From assembly GCF_018350175.1 (NCBI RefSeq), contig NC_058369.1, positions 7,008,001 to 7,072,000 of the forward strand: DNA of 64,000 nt, written 5' to 3'. Shown piece by piece: positions 13,121 to 25,744 of the stretch. The DNA is from Felis catus (Eukaryota). The notes beneath the pieces were generated by a model. That model did not search any database. It was not told the DNA's origin and saw only the letters and a program-made list of their open reading frames with translations. The position numbers were made by a program, and so were the translations under genes. Numbering within the stretch: position 1 is the first letter of the stretch; each line of letters begins with the position of its first letter.

Positions 13121-15582
13121 ATGATTTATGGAAATTGCCTGGGAAGAGGCAAGAATAATGTTAAGACAGTGACAAAACAAGATTGCGCCATACACAATAA
13201 ACTCGTTCATTCATGAAGTCTTATCTTACCTAAGAGTCGTGATTTCTTTCGTTGAACAAAGTCTCCTCAGTAAATACCCTCCCTTCCCTGCTTCTACCAC
13301 TGCTACTGGGACCATCTCTTTATTTATTTTTTAGTTATTTTTAAGTAATCTCTACACCCAGTGTGGGGCTCGAACTCATGACCCTGAGATCAAGGTGCCC
13401 CCAGGATCACATCATTAAAATGAATGCCCCACACCATGCAGGGGGGGGGGGGGGGGGCGGGTCTCCTCTGCATCATCCCCAACTCAGTTGTTCTACCTCT
13501 GTTGTGTAGTTCCTGTGAAAGGACCATCAGCCTCATGAGCATCTCCTTTCTGCCCTGTTAGCTGTGGTGTCTTCAAGTCCAGGGAAATGGAGAGAAGAGG
13601 GAAATCATGAGGAATTGCAGAATTTAATGATATTTTTTGCTCTCATGCCATTTACCAGTATCTGTTTGGTATCTTACCAGTATCTGGGAATGGAACATTC
13701 TCATCTGAAGTCTGACTCAGAGAAGGATGCTGTGCAAAGACTTTTATAGATAATTCTTCAACAATTATAGTAACGTCTCCATTGCTGTCCCAATCTGTCC
13801 CTCTGTCACCATGATAATGATCAAAGTACCATAATATGCTTCAGTCCCAAGGACTAAATCAGACCATACATTCTAATTATACCCTGCATGTTTGTATTGT
13901 AGTTCTTTCTATTTCTTTAGGTTAGGACGACTCTGCATCTTCTATTTCATTTTTATTTCATACTCCAAGCACTTAGCACAGTACCTGCTGCTCTGTCTCT
14001 ATTGGTTGGATGAGTGACAGAAGAAATTTGCAGGGTACTACAAATTTGGTAAGGTATAATTTCCCTACCATAAAATCCTTTAACGAAGAACCATCTATCT
14101 TGAAGGCTTTTCAACTGAACATAAAGAGAATGAGAGCCCTTTTTTTTGCACTCTGTTAAAAAAAAAAAAAGAAGAAGAAGTAAGCCTGGTTTCTGTTTGC
14201 ATATTAGGTCTCTGCAACAGGAGGTAATTTCTAAACTCAGGGGCAGCTGTCTTCAATTTTATATACATTTAAGAAAAAGCATGCAAAGTTCCTAAACAGA
14301 AGAACAATGAAATTACAAAGAATTGGATCAATTGTTTAAAGTACATACAGGGGCACCTGGGTGGCTCAGTCGGTTAAGCATCCGGCTCTTGACTTTGGCA
14401 CAGTTCACGATCTCACATCGGGCTCTGTGCTGACGGTGCGTAGCCTGCTTGGGATTCTCTCTCCTTTCTCTGCCCCTCTCTCTGCACCGCCCCACCCCCA
14501 ACTCCCTCTCTCTCAAAATAAATAAACTTTAAAAAAACCTTTTAGAACATAAAGTACATGCAATAATTATGTATTTATCAATAATACCAAACAACATTTA
14601 AAGGCAAATTAGGGGCGCCTGGGTGGCTCAGTCAGTTGAGCGTCTGACTTCGGCTCAGGTCATGATCTCGCGGTCTGTGAGTTCAAGCCCCACGTCGGGC
14701 TCTGTGCTGACAGCTCAGAGGCTGGAGCCTGCTTTGGATTCTGTGTTTCCCTCTCTCTCTGCCCCTCCCTTGCTCATGCTCTGTCTCTCTCTCTGTCAAA
14801 AATAAATAACCATTAAAAAAATTTTTTAAGAAAAGGCAAATTAAAGTCTGAAAGGAGGGAAATTTATAATTTATAAGGAACCATAAAAGTGCAGTTTAAT
14901 ACATTAGCTTTTATTTTTATTTTTCCATTTTAGAGACAGTGTGTATGAGCAGGGAAGGGACAGAGGGAGAGAGGGAACCTTAAGTAAGCTCCACACTCAA
15001 TGTGTAGCCCAGTGTGGGGAGGGGGTGCTCAATCCCACAGACCATGAGATCATGACCTGAGCAGAAATCAAGAATCAGGCACTCAACCAACTAAGTCACC
15101 CAGATGCTTTTAAAAGCAGTAAGAAAATAGTAAGAAAAAAACAAATAGGTCATATTGGCCAAAAAAGACTTAAGTATGAAACTGTTGAAAACATTGCTGT
15201 TTATGGTACTTTTAGAATCACTGTAGAGTATCCTGTTCAATCATACTATTTAAAATATTGGCATTGGAGTATTTCTGTTGGAGTGCAATATTTTCAGGGC
15301 ATTGCTGTTACTGTTAGGCTCTATTTTACTGTTAAGAGTATAATGTTTATAGTGGTGGACACTTTTGAAACTAAAAGGGTGGTTGAGGAAGCCTGGGTGT
15401 CTCAGTCCATTAAACGTCCGACTTCAGCTCAGGTCGTCTCATGGTTTGTGAGTTCGAGCCCCACGTCGGGCTCTGTGCTGACAGCTCAGAGCCTGGAGCC
15501 TCCTTTGGATTCTGTGTCTCCCCTTCTCTCTGCCCCTCCCCTGCTCATGCTCTGTCTCTCTTTGTTTCTCAATAATAAATGT

Positions 15583-15600
15583 CATATATATATATGTATA

Positions 15601-15651
<51 letters not shown>
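15583..15651. repeat. (TA)n/(TG)n microsatellite at a SINE tail
   Basis: Seen directly. Confidence 0.95.
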
Positions 15652-15658
<7 letters not shown>

Positions 15659-16125
15659 AAAAACCTTGACTAACAGGACATAGTGTCATGTCATTATAGT
15701 GTTAAGTAGAAAGAATGGAACAGGAAGAATAGAAAGCCATTCATGTAGAACAATGGCCGTCTGGAGATGAACTGGGATGGGAAAGAAATTCACCAGAGTG
15801 TCCACATTGCTCATATCTGAGAGGTACCTATTTTCTTTTTTTTTTCTTTTTCTATATTAATTTTCCACCATGAGCATCATTGTTTGTGACCATAAAAAAA
15901 ATTTTTTTAAATGTTTATTCATCTCTGAGAGAGAGACAGAACATGAGCAGGAGGGGAGCAGAGAGCAGGAGACGCAGAATCCGAAACAGGCTCCAGGCTC
16001 TGAACTATCAGCACAAAGCCCGACACAGGGCTTGAACTCATGAACCACAAGATCATGACCTGAGCTGAAGTTAGACACTTAACCGACTGAGCCTACCCAG
16101 GCACCCCTATTAAAAAAACTTTATG

Positions 16126-16352
16126 GGGGCGCCTGGGTGGCGCAGTCAGTTGGGCGTCCGACTTCAGCCAGGTCACGATCTCGCGGTCCGTGAGTTCAAG
16201 CCCCGCGTCGGGCTCTGGGCTGATGGCTCAGAGCCTGGAGCCTGTTTCGGATTCTGTGTCTCCCTCTCTCTCTGCCCCTCCCCCGTTCATGCTCTGTCTC
16301 TCTCTGTCCCAAAAATAAAAATAAAACGTTGAAAAAAAAAATCTTATAAAAA
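16126..16352 (+). mobile_element. Young felid SINE
   Basis: TSD AAAAAAACTTTATGG at 16112-16126 and 16353-16367. Confidence 0.93.
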
Positions 16353-16581
16353 AAAAAAACTTTATGGAGAAATATGTTCACATATTTGAACAGATTTCAG
16401 GATGGCCCCTCCTCCCTGTGTCCCTGGGTAAGTCAGGAACACAGAAATCCCTGAATAAAAGATACCTTAGCATGAGCCATTATGCCAGGTCAAGAGGGGG
16501 AATGGCATTTGGAAGAGGGAAGAAAAGGGAATGCAGGAGTAAAAGAAATGGCAATTTAGAGATGAAACCAAAAGAAGAAGC

Positions 16582-16977
16582 TGTATAATAAGTCAGGATT
16601 CTCCAGGAAAATAGAACCAATGGACCTGCGAGCTGGAGACCCAGGAGAGCCAAGCTGTGGTTACGGTTCGAGTCTGAAGACCTGAGAACCAGGAGAGCTG
16701 ATGCAGCTCCAGTCTGTAGCCTGGCAGGCTTGAGTTCTGGGAAGAGCTGACGTGTCAATTCCAGTCTGGAAGCAGGGGCAAGGGCCCCAGCCTGAAGGCA
16801 GTCAGGCAGAAAGAATGATGTCTTACTCAGCCTTTTTGTTTTTTCAGGCCTTCAACTGATCTAATGAGGCCCACCCCCATCAGAGAGGGCAATCTGCTTC
16901 ACTCAGTCCAAATGTTAGTATCCTCCCGAAACACCGTCACAGACACATCCAGAAATGACCAAGTATTTACCATCACA
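16582..16977. mobile_element. MLT2-type (ERV-L) solo LTR
   Basis: TG...CA termini, 5-bp TSD GAAGC (16577-16581, 16978-16982), and MLT2 motif TCAGGCCTTCAACTGAT..ATGAGGCCCACCC..GAGGGCAATCTGCTT. Confidence 0.85.
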
Positions 16978-17622
16978 GAAGCATATAGATTATTACCAGT
17001 GATTGAGTTAAAGGGTAGCAGCCTACACTAAAAGGCTCTCCACCTGGCTGCAACATTAACGAGTCTGATTGTGAATTGGGAGTAACGTTCACTGCCTGCA
17101 GGCCTCTGATGGGAGGCAGCTTTGCTGGGGTCAAAGAATGGGAGATACTTGCTTTGATTCTGAGTATGTTGTCAGTGGTGGTGTGTGTGTGGCACACAGA
17201 ATGAAAGATCTGATTTAGAGCAGATTTTTCAGATATGAGAGGAGCATAATCAGCCTAGATGACAAAGGCTGATTTGATTGCTTCGGGACTCCAATGGATC
17301 ACAGGAAGACAGATAAAAGGAACTGTCAACGAGAGGATGGAGACCCACCACGCATAGGACATGGGGAGTCAGGAATGGGTGAGGACGGCTGTGCTGTAAG
17401 CCTTGTACATGAAAGTTGGTATTTAGGGAGACTCTGTCTTTGATATCAAAATGGCAGCAAGAACTTTCACTGGACGGCTTCACTCGCCAGTGGGGCTTTA
17501 GTTCAGGTCCTCATAGCTTCTCATTTGGGCTTCACATACTTTGGCACCCTGCTAGCCCGTTATGCAGGGGAGTCAGGATGGCTCCAACCGCATCATTGTT
17601 CACATCTTTAAAAGTCATTCAG

Positions 17623-17842
17623 GGGGCGCCTGGGTGGCGCAGTCGGTTAAGCGTCTGACTTCAGCCAGGTCATGATCTTGCGGTCCGTGAGTTCGAGCTC
17701 CGTGTCAGGCTCTGGGCTGATGGCTCGGAGCCTGGAGCCTGTTTCCGATTCTGTGTCTCCCTCTCTCTCTGCCCCTCCCCTGTTCATGCTCTGTCTCTCT
17801 CTGTCCCAAAAATAAATAAACGTTGAAAAAAAATTTTTTTTA
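17623..17842 (+). mobile_element. Young felid SINE
   Basis: TSD AAAAGTCATTCAG at 17610-17622 and 17843-17855. Confidence 0.93.
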
Positions 17843-17981
17843 AAAAGTCATTCAGTGGCTCAGTAGTCCTCCAGGGGAAGGTTCCAAACCCCACTGCCCT
17901 CCATGGTTTGGCCCCTGTGTTCTTGCTCTGGCTTCCTCACCCGTTCCACCAACCCCCTCCTGCCTTCTGATCCATCCTTTT

Positions 17982-18440
17982 TGTATTGAGGAGGAAATTA
18001 CCCAAAGCTTTTAAATTACTCAAAAGGATAGCTGTGTTTCCTTTGAACATTACATGAAGTATTGCCTAAGAGGTCAACTTAATTGTCCCATCTTCTGGGG
18101 GAATATTCCTTCTTTGGCTTGAGACCTAGACTCTGTGACATCAGTGCTAACACTGATTAATAACCTACACGTGATTTTTGTTCACTAGAGATGCAAATGT
18201 TTCCATTCAGCTAAGAAGATCACCCCAAAGTTTATGGTTCATTGCCCTGTGGGATATCTCCATCTGATAGAGAAGATAACCCCAAAAGCTATGGTTTTAT
18301 TTTCCTGTATTTTTGCTTCCAACTTGGAAAATTAATGTCATTATTCCTTCCCTATCTATATAAATCCCTGTTCCCCAAATGCTCAGCAAACTAGCTTTAC
18401 TCTCCTGGCTCCCTCATTAATAATTAAGTCTTTGACATAT
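17982..18440 (+). mobile_element. Possible LTR-like element
   Basis: TG start, internal direct repeat AGAAGATMACCCCAAA..TATGGTT (near 18215 and 18270), TATA-like TATATAAA near 18357. No clear TSD. Confidence 0.35.
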
Positions 18441-19298
18441 ACTCACTATATATTTGTATGAGAGTCACATTTTTACCTATCGGAAAACAATGCTTTGCCA
18501 TTAGATACTCCACATTTCTTACAACTCTGGGTACATCCAGAGCAGTTTAGTAGCTCTGGACCTTTGCTTTTACCTCCCACTGGAGTCCCCTTTCTCCCTA
18601 TTCACCTGGGAAAGTCCTATCCCTCCTTCCACTCTCTGTCCTGAAGTCTTCATTGACAGCCCCCCAAGCAGTGCTGACCGCTCTCTCTTTGCACTTCCTC
18701 TGCACCTTGAAGAAACTGGACCACACATGGGGCAAGCTGTCACATTGCATGCCTGGGTGTGTTCCCAAGGCTCTCATCCTCCCAGGGGAGTGACACATTT
18801 TAGTTAACTCCTTCTGTTCAGTACCTAGCTCCGTGTTAGGCACAAGGGAGATGCTCTGCAGATGTGGGAAGTTCCCTCTAGAAAACAAAAGGGAGGGATG
18901 TTCAAGTGGGTGAAGAGGGAGTGTGAGAGGGGAGACCCAGACACAAGAGGCAGTGAAAGGAGGGCAGAGCTAGCGATGAGGTAAGAACATACAGTGCAGT
19001 GTGGCTTGGAGACACCTGTCCAGAGCCAGGGACGTCTACGCAATTTGGGTGGGCATTTCCTCCCTCTGCATCCCTATGTATGTGCCAAGAAAGCATGCAG
19101 GCAAAAAGCTTTGCCTGACCCCCTTCTTACCTCTTCACCACAGCAGTTTCTGAGCCAGTGCTAGGGCATCACGATGGAATTGCTACAGGTTTGGGCTCTA
19201 TTATATTAGCTTCTCCCAATGGAAGACAAATACAGACAGAGAAGCAGGGACAAAGAGCTGAGCATGGGGACTCAGGGCCACAATGATACCTGGCGTGG

Positions 19299-19471
19299 CC
19301 CAAGGGCCTTTCCTTCTGGTATGGGCGTGGTGAGTCTGAGGTGAAATCATTTGGGACCGAATTCCCTCACTTCTCATTAAATAAATGGCTGTTTTGATTG
19401 TTTCTGGAGACTCCCCACCCCCTCTCAAGGGTCAGAGAGGTGATCTTTTCTGCTGTGTCTACCCATGGGGA
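19299..19471 (-). promoter_or_regulatory. Putative promoter of the minus-strand OR (O/E-like site + extended homeodomain site)
   Basis: Minus strand: ACCCTTGAGA (19432-19423), 36-nt spacer, ATTTATTTAATGAG (19386-19373). Extra CCCNNGGG sites at 19462 and 19299. Strong donor GAG|GTAAGA at 19131/19130 downstream. Confidence 0.7.
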
Positions 19472-22349
19472 GCAGAGTTGGAGCCACATGGAGGTCCATA
19501 CCACCCCACCTAGCATACACGTCCTTCAGCCACAGTCCTCAGTCCCCACTGGGTCTTTCTCTTCCTAAGGGAACATCTCACTCCATCTCTGGTTCTGTAC
19601 AAATCTAAGGATCAAGAAACATCTTTGGTCAAGTCTTGCTTGTCCAGAGCAAGGTTCTCCAAGGTTCCCAGGGATGCCTACAGACTACTTTCTGGAACAA
19701 AAATCAAAGCAGTGGAGAGAAGGGGGAGAGAGGGGGAGAGGGGGGCCAGCTTTCCAAAGGCCACCGGAGTGACAGCGCAATGACCTTGACCACACTCAGA
19801 CCTAAACGGGCACATGACCCCCATTGTGTCTTGAGAGAGCGAGCCTGAGGTCAGGAGAGTCTGGATGACTAGTGTGTCAGGACCTTCACAGAACCCTGTG
19901 ACCTACTTTGCAGTCAGCCTAGCAGATGCCCTCTTGTTCACTTGGAATTCAGCATAAAAATATTTTTTGAGCACCTTCAATAGATACTGATCACATATAT
20001 GATAGAGCAGTAAACAAGACAAGACAAGGACCCTGTCCTTATGGAATTGCCTTCAGTTGTAGATGGCGTTATGCATGGAGACAAAGGATAAACAAATTAA
20101 CTGTTTTTTTTTTTTTTTTGAGAGACAGAGAGTAAGCAGGGGAGGGGCAAAGAGGCGGGGGGGAGAGAGAGAAAATCGAAAGCAGGCTCCATGCTGTCAC
20201 TGTAGAGCTTGACACGGAGCTTGAACCCATGCACCTTGAGATCATGATCTGAGCCAAAACCAAGAATCAGACAACCGACTGAGCCATCCAGGGGCCCCAC
20301 AAATTAACAGTTTAATAGATAATGACTCATCTGATTAAAATAAAACAGGGTTATGTGCTGGAGGATGCCTGGGGGCTTCTCAGAGGAGGTGACATTTGGA
20401 GCTAAGATTCAAATGATGAGAAGTGCCAACCATGCAAAAGATTCAGGGGAGAAAAGCATATCTGGCACTCGTGGGAGAGGAAAGAACATGTGCAAAGATC
20501 CTGAGGCATGAACTCATTTGCCATAATTGAGTCACAGGTCTGTGTTGTGGAAGAATAATGACCAATGTGGAAAATGGTGTGAGACTGTGTGGTCAAAAAT
20601 CAAGGCCCGTGTCAGGAGTTAGGGTTTTAACATAAGAGAAATGGGAAAGCACTGGAAGGCTTAATAGCCAACACGATGTGATGTGATGCTCTTTTTTGCT
20701 TTTGAAGTTTTCTCTGGCTGCTATGTAGAAAATTCAGGATTTCGGGATATCAAGTCATTCCATGCTCCAGTGTCCTTAGATAGAAGATTGGGATCGTATT
20801 CATCAAAAACTTGCCAATCGAATAAAAATTAATATTCTTTACTAAAGAGCAGTGACCAGGGGTGCCGGGGTGGTTCAGTTGGCTAAGCGACCAACTTTTT
20901 GTTTTTAAATGTTTATTTATTTTTGAGAAAGAGACAGGGAGAGAGGGGGCGGGGAGGGGCAGAGAGAGAGGGAGACACAGAATCTGAAGCAGGCTCCAGG
21001 CTCTGAGCTGTCAGCACAGAGCCCGACGCGGGGCTCGAACTCGTGAACCGTGAGATCATGACCTGAGCCGAAGTCGGACATTAACTGACTGAGCCACCCA
21101 GGTGCCCTGCAACCAACTTTTGATTTCAGCTCAGGTCACGATCTCAAGGGCATGGGATCAAGCCCCAGTCAGACTTCATGCTAGGCGTGGAGGTTGCTTG
21201 GGATTCTTGATCCTTCTGCCCCTCCCCTGTTCGTTCTCTCTCTCTCTCTTAAAAAAAAAAAACAAAACACAGTGACCAAATATTTATTAAATTTCAAACA
21301 TCCTTTAGTGCCACACGCTTCCTAGAGATAGATGGGTGCTATATTCTCCTTTCCCAAAAAGGAACATGAGCAGAGAGAGGTTGAGAGATTTACACACACT
21401 CTGCACATAGGGGGTGAAAGATTCAGACTCAAACATTCATCTCCTCATTCCCATCCCAGGGCTCTGTCCTGCCCCACCAGAGCTAAATGAGTGATCTGTT
21501 CAAACTTGCTTCGTCCCAGATGGGCAAACAGAGGCAGAACCAATGATTCCTTCTCTCTGGAGTCAGTGAGCTCACCTGCGATTTATGGACATGAGCCAGT
21601 CCATAACACAGGGGCCAGTATGGCACTAACATTTCAGATTATAGGATTTTCTACAAGTAGTATAGTGCCTTTTACAGCCCAGTAAGCATTCTGAGATATG
21701 GGAATTTTCATGTGGGGCTATCATGGGATCATCCTTTTAAATGTTTTTTCCAGTATGATCTCATTTATATAAAGGCCCAAAATGGACAAATCAAATTTCG
21801 GTGATGGAGGTCAGAATAGCAGTGATCTTTAGGGAGTAATGGAAGATACTTCTGGGGTGCTGGTTATGTTCTATAGCTTAATCTGGTTGGTGGTTACACA
21901 AGTATGTCCACTTCATAACATTTTATTGAGCTGAATATACATATGATTTGTTTACCTTTTCTGTTATATTTCAATTAAAACACTTACTTTAAAAATTGCC
22001 AGGGGCGCCTGGGTGGCTCATCGGTTAAGTGTCCGACTTCGGCTCAGGTCATGATCTCACACTCCGTGAGTTCGAGCCCTGTGTCGGGCTCTGTGCTGAC
22101 AGCTCGGAGCCTGGAGCCTGCTTCAGATTCTGTGTCTCCCTCTATCTCTGCCCCTCCCCTGCTCATGCTCTGTCTCTCTCTGTCTCAAAAATAAATAAAA
22201 ACATAAAAAAAATTTTTTTAATTGCCAGGATGTATCCTTAGTTCAAACCTCTCCTTGTAAGCAACAGAATCATTCTTCCTACACAGACTTTAAGGATAAT
22301 TTTGATTGCATACCTCAGTAATAATAAGATGTGGTTGATAGCAACTATT

Positions 22350-23190
22350 TTTTAATTTAAATTTTAATTAACATACAATGCAATATTGGTTTCAGGAGTA
22401 TGATTCAGTAATCCATCACTTACATCACCCAGTCCTCATCACAAGTGCCCTCCTTAGTACCCATCACCCATCTAGCCCATCCCCCACCTCCCTCCATCAC
22501 CCATAGTTTGCTCTCTATCATTAAGAATCTCTTATGGTTTGTTTCCCTCTCTTCTCTTCCTCCCCCACTTCCCATATGCTCATCTGTTTTGTTTCTGAAA
22601 TTCCACATCTGAGTGAAATCATATGGTATTTGTCTTTCTCTAATGACTTATTCCACTTAGCATAATACATTCTAGCTCCATCCACATCATTGCACATGGC
22701 AATATTTCATTCTTTTTGATGGCTGAGTCATATTCCATTATATATACCACATCTTTTTAAAATTTTATTTTGTTATTTTTTTTTATTTTTGAGAGAGAGA
22801 CAGACAAAGCATGATTGGGGGGTGCATAGAGAGAGAGGGAGACACAGAATCTGAAGCAGGTTCCAGGCTCTGAGCTGTCAGCACAGAGCCCAATGCAGGG
22901 CTCGAATCCATGAGCCATGAGATAATGACCTGAGCTGAAGTGAGACACTCAACCAACTGAGCTACTCAAGTGACCCATAAATTTTATTTTGCTTTAATTC
23001 AAGTTAGTTAACATACAGTGTAGTATTGGTTTCAGGAGTAGAACCTAGTGATTCATCACTTACATGCGTCACCCAGGACTCATCCCAACAAATGCCCTCC
23101 TTAATGCCCATCACCCATTCAGCCCATCCCATCCCCACCCCACCTTCCCTCCAGCAACCTTCAGTATGTTCTCTGTATTTAAGAACCTCT
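22350..23190 (-). mobile_element. Two carnivore L1 3'-end fragments separated by a SINE
   Basis: TTAACATACA..TATTGGTTTCAGGAGTA..TCATCACTTACA occurs at about 22370 and 23010. Confidence 0.8.
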
Positions 23191-23571
23191 TGGGGCACCT
23201 GGGTGGCTCAGTTGGTTAAGCATCCGACTTTGGCTCAGGTCACGATCTTGCAGTCCGTGAGTTTGAGCCCCGCGTCAGGCTCAGGGCTGATGGCTCGGAG
23301 CCTGGAGCCTGCTTCCGATTCTGTGTCTCCCTCTCTCTCTGCCCCTCCCCCAATCATGCTCTGTCTCTGTCTCAAAAATAAATAAATGTTAAAAAAAATA
23401 TATATGAATTCCTGGCATAGGTTTTTTTGAATCTTGCCATAGTGAAGTTACTGCTCTCTAAGACTGTTTACTAAAAGGGATGAAGATATTTCCTATATGG
23501 TATTTGAAGTCTTGTACTTATGGTTCCAACAGCTGTTGGATTATACCACTGAGATTACACGTTTGTTAAAT

Positions 23572-23635
<64 letters not shown>
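23572..23635. repeat. (TA)n(TG)n microsatellite
   Basis: Seen directly. Confidence 0.95.
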
Positions 23636-24300
23636 GTAGCAAGCTATGATTTTAATACTGGGGGACAGGCAATTGCTTTTGCTTACTAAAGTTGTGTTAA
23701 TAACACATCGGACTTTGATTTCACCACTCCAGTTTTAATTTACCCAACTAATTAAAAGTGATACATCTCACTTGCAATTACAATTCCTGACGGAGCATTC
23801 TGCACTCAAGAGGTCAGTTTTCTCACTGCCCTAGCCCCAGTACAAGCAGACTCATCTCCACCACCCCACCAAATCACTTTCTATTGTATTTCCATGTCAG
23901 TGAGTCCAAAGGACATTGCGCAGCCTTTATTACTTGACCTAGTATCATCATTTTACACAGTTCGCCCTCCCTCTCTTGAAACAGGACTTTGTTTATCTAC
24001 ACAGCATGTTCAACACCGTGTAGCCTACACAGTCACAACGTGGTCACAAGGGATTCACTGAGACAGATGCATCTCTCTTCTGTGTTACTTTGAGACCCTA
24101 AGTGCTGTGGCTATGGGGGAATGGGTCTTTGCAGCAGGGACACATTCCTGAGGGGGAACGCTTTGCCTCAAAGCCAAAGCCGTAGTGATGAAACATCCTC
24201 CAAGAAGGAGGAGGCCCATGGAGGCAGAGAGATCCATCTGGCTCCAAAACTGCCTTCCTGGAAACAGAATTAGCACACATGGCTCCGTTGTGCCATTTTC

Positions 24301-24411
24301 TCCCTACCCCAAGGGAGCGGAATGAGTGGAAGAACAGAACATCAGAGGAACAATTTATTTAATGAGGAGTGATGAGGAATCATCCCCCAGGGACTTGAGA
24401 AACCATAAATA
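24301..24411 (+). promoter_or_regulatory. Putative promoter of the OR7D2-like gene
   Basis: CCCCAAGGGA 24307-24316, 36-nt spacer, ATTTATTTAATGAG 24353-24366. A second O/E-like site CCCCCAGGGA at 24384, TATA-like CATAAATA at 24404, and a possible donor GTGAGT at 24616. Confidence 0.75.
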
Positions 24412-24899
24412 CTTCCCTAGCACCCTCACCCACAGTGCAGTGACGCCTGACCAGGAGGAGACCACACCTTGCCTCTCTCACAGACATGATTTGGTGACAG
24501 GTTCCATCTCCCCGTCATTCTCTGGTAGAGTCTATCTTCAGCATCCAACAGAGGAGAAAGACGTTGCACAAGTATTTCTTTATGCAATGCCAGCCAATTG
24601 AGTCACACTGTCCTAGTGAGTACTAGGTATGAAAGGAGGGTAAAAATGGGATAGGGGAAGGAGGTAACAGGGTTGATGATGACTCATGGCCCTTTTTATT
24701 TTTAACTTCTGGAATTTATCTCTCTGATTATTTATGTCTTTTTACATTCCATTGCTGCTATTTCTGTCACCTCCAGCTCTAAGGTGCCCTCATTCTGGAA
24801 ACTAGTGACTTTCTCAGTGTCACTGGCATTGACACTCCCTCAAATGGACTCTTAACAGTTTCTAACGCACCTGCTTGCACCTTCCTTGTTCTCCTCTAG

Positions 24900-25083
24900 T
24901 GCAGTTCTCAAAGTGGGGTTCCTGGAGCAGCAGTGGTATCTTCTGGGAGCTTGTTAGAAATGCATATTCCCAGGCCCTGCCCAAGACCTGCTGACAGAAA
25001 CTCTAGGGGGAGACCCAGAAATCTGCTTTAGTAAGTCCTTCAGGTGATTCTAATGCATGCAGTAATTGGAGAATCTCCACTCC
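24900..25083 (+). mobile_element. MER5A hAT DNA transposon
   Basis: CAGTTCTCAAAGTG..GGGAGCTTGTTAGAAATGCA..CAGGTGATTCTAATGCA. Confidence 0.8.
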
Positions 25084-25419
25084 AGCAAGGTATCTCCTTC
25101 TCCACCCCACCGCCATCATGGGGTTTCTCCCAGGCTGCATACACTCTGTGATTCATGGAGTAGGTACTGAATGCCCACTCTGGGCCAGGTGTTATCTGTG
25201 TCGTCATTGTGACTGTGAATAGATCTGTCTCTTATTTTTCTTAATGATGGTTTACAGGTACATAAGAAGCTAATGACACTGATTAATTCTAATTGTGTTT
25301 AAGTTGACTTTCCTTGGTGTTCTAAGCAGACAATCACATCGGCAGCTGATAGTAACCAGATTTGATTTTGATTTCCTAATATTATATTTTATTCACTCTT
25401 CTGTCTTATGGCATTTCTT

Positions 25420-25463
25420 TTGAATTATTGAATTATTGAATAATTATTGAATTATTGAATTAT
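25420..25463. repeat. (TTGAATTA)~5 tandem repeat
   Basis: Seen directly; one unit has a 3-nt insertion. Confidence 0.9.
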
Positions 25464-25713
25464 TTCTTCTGAACATTTAAACAATGTTAGATCATTATAA
25501 CAGGAGGCATAATTTCATTTTCCCCTTTTTTTTGTTTCCTTATTTGGGGTTTAATAATGCATCTTGGATTAACACTTGCTTTAACAGCTATTCTTGGGGT
25601 TCCTGGGAGGCTCTTGATTTCGGCTCAGGTCATGATCTCATGGTTTGTGAGATCGAGCCCTGTTGCTGTACTGACAGCAAGGAGCCTGCTTGGAAGTTTC
25701 TTGGGATTCTCTC

Positions 25714-25744
<31 letters not shown>

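Noticed and set aside
13121..13210. N-terminal extensions of the OR ORFs in the ORF track (also 28875-28946 and 43614-43676)
   Set aside because: They run through polypyrimidine/AG splice acceptors, and two begin at non-ATG codons. The canonical MExxNQT starts give a uniform 312 aa.
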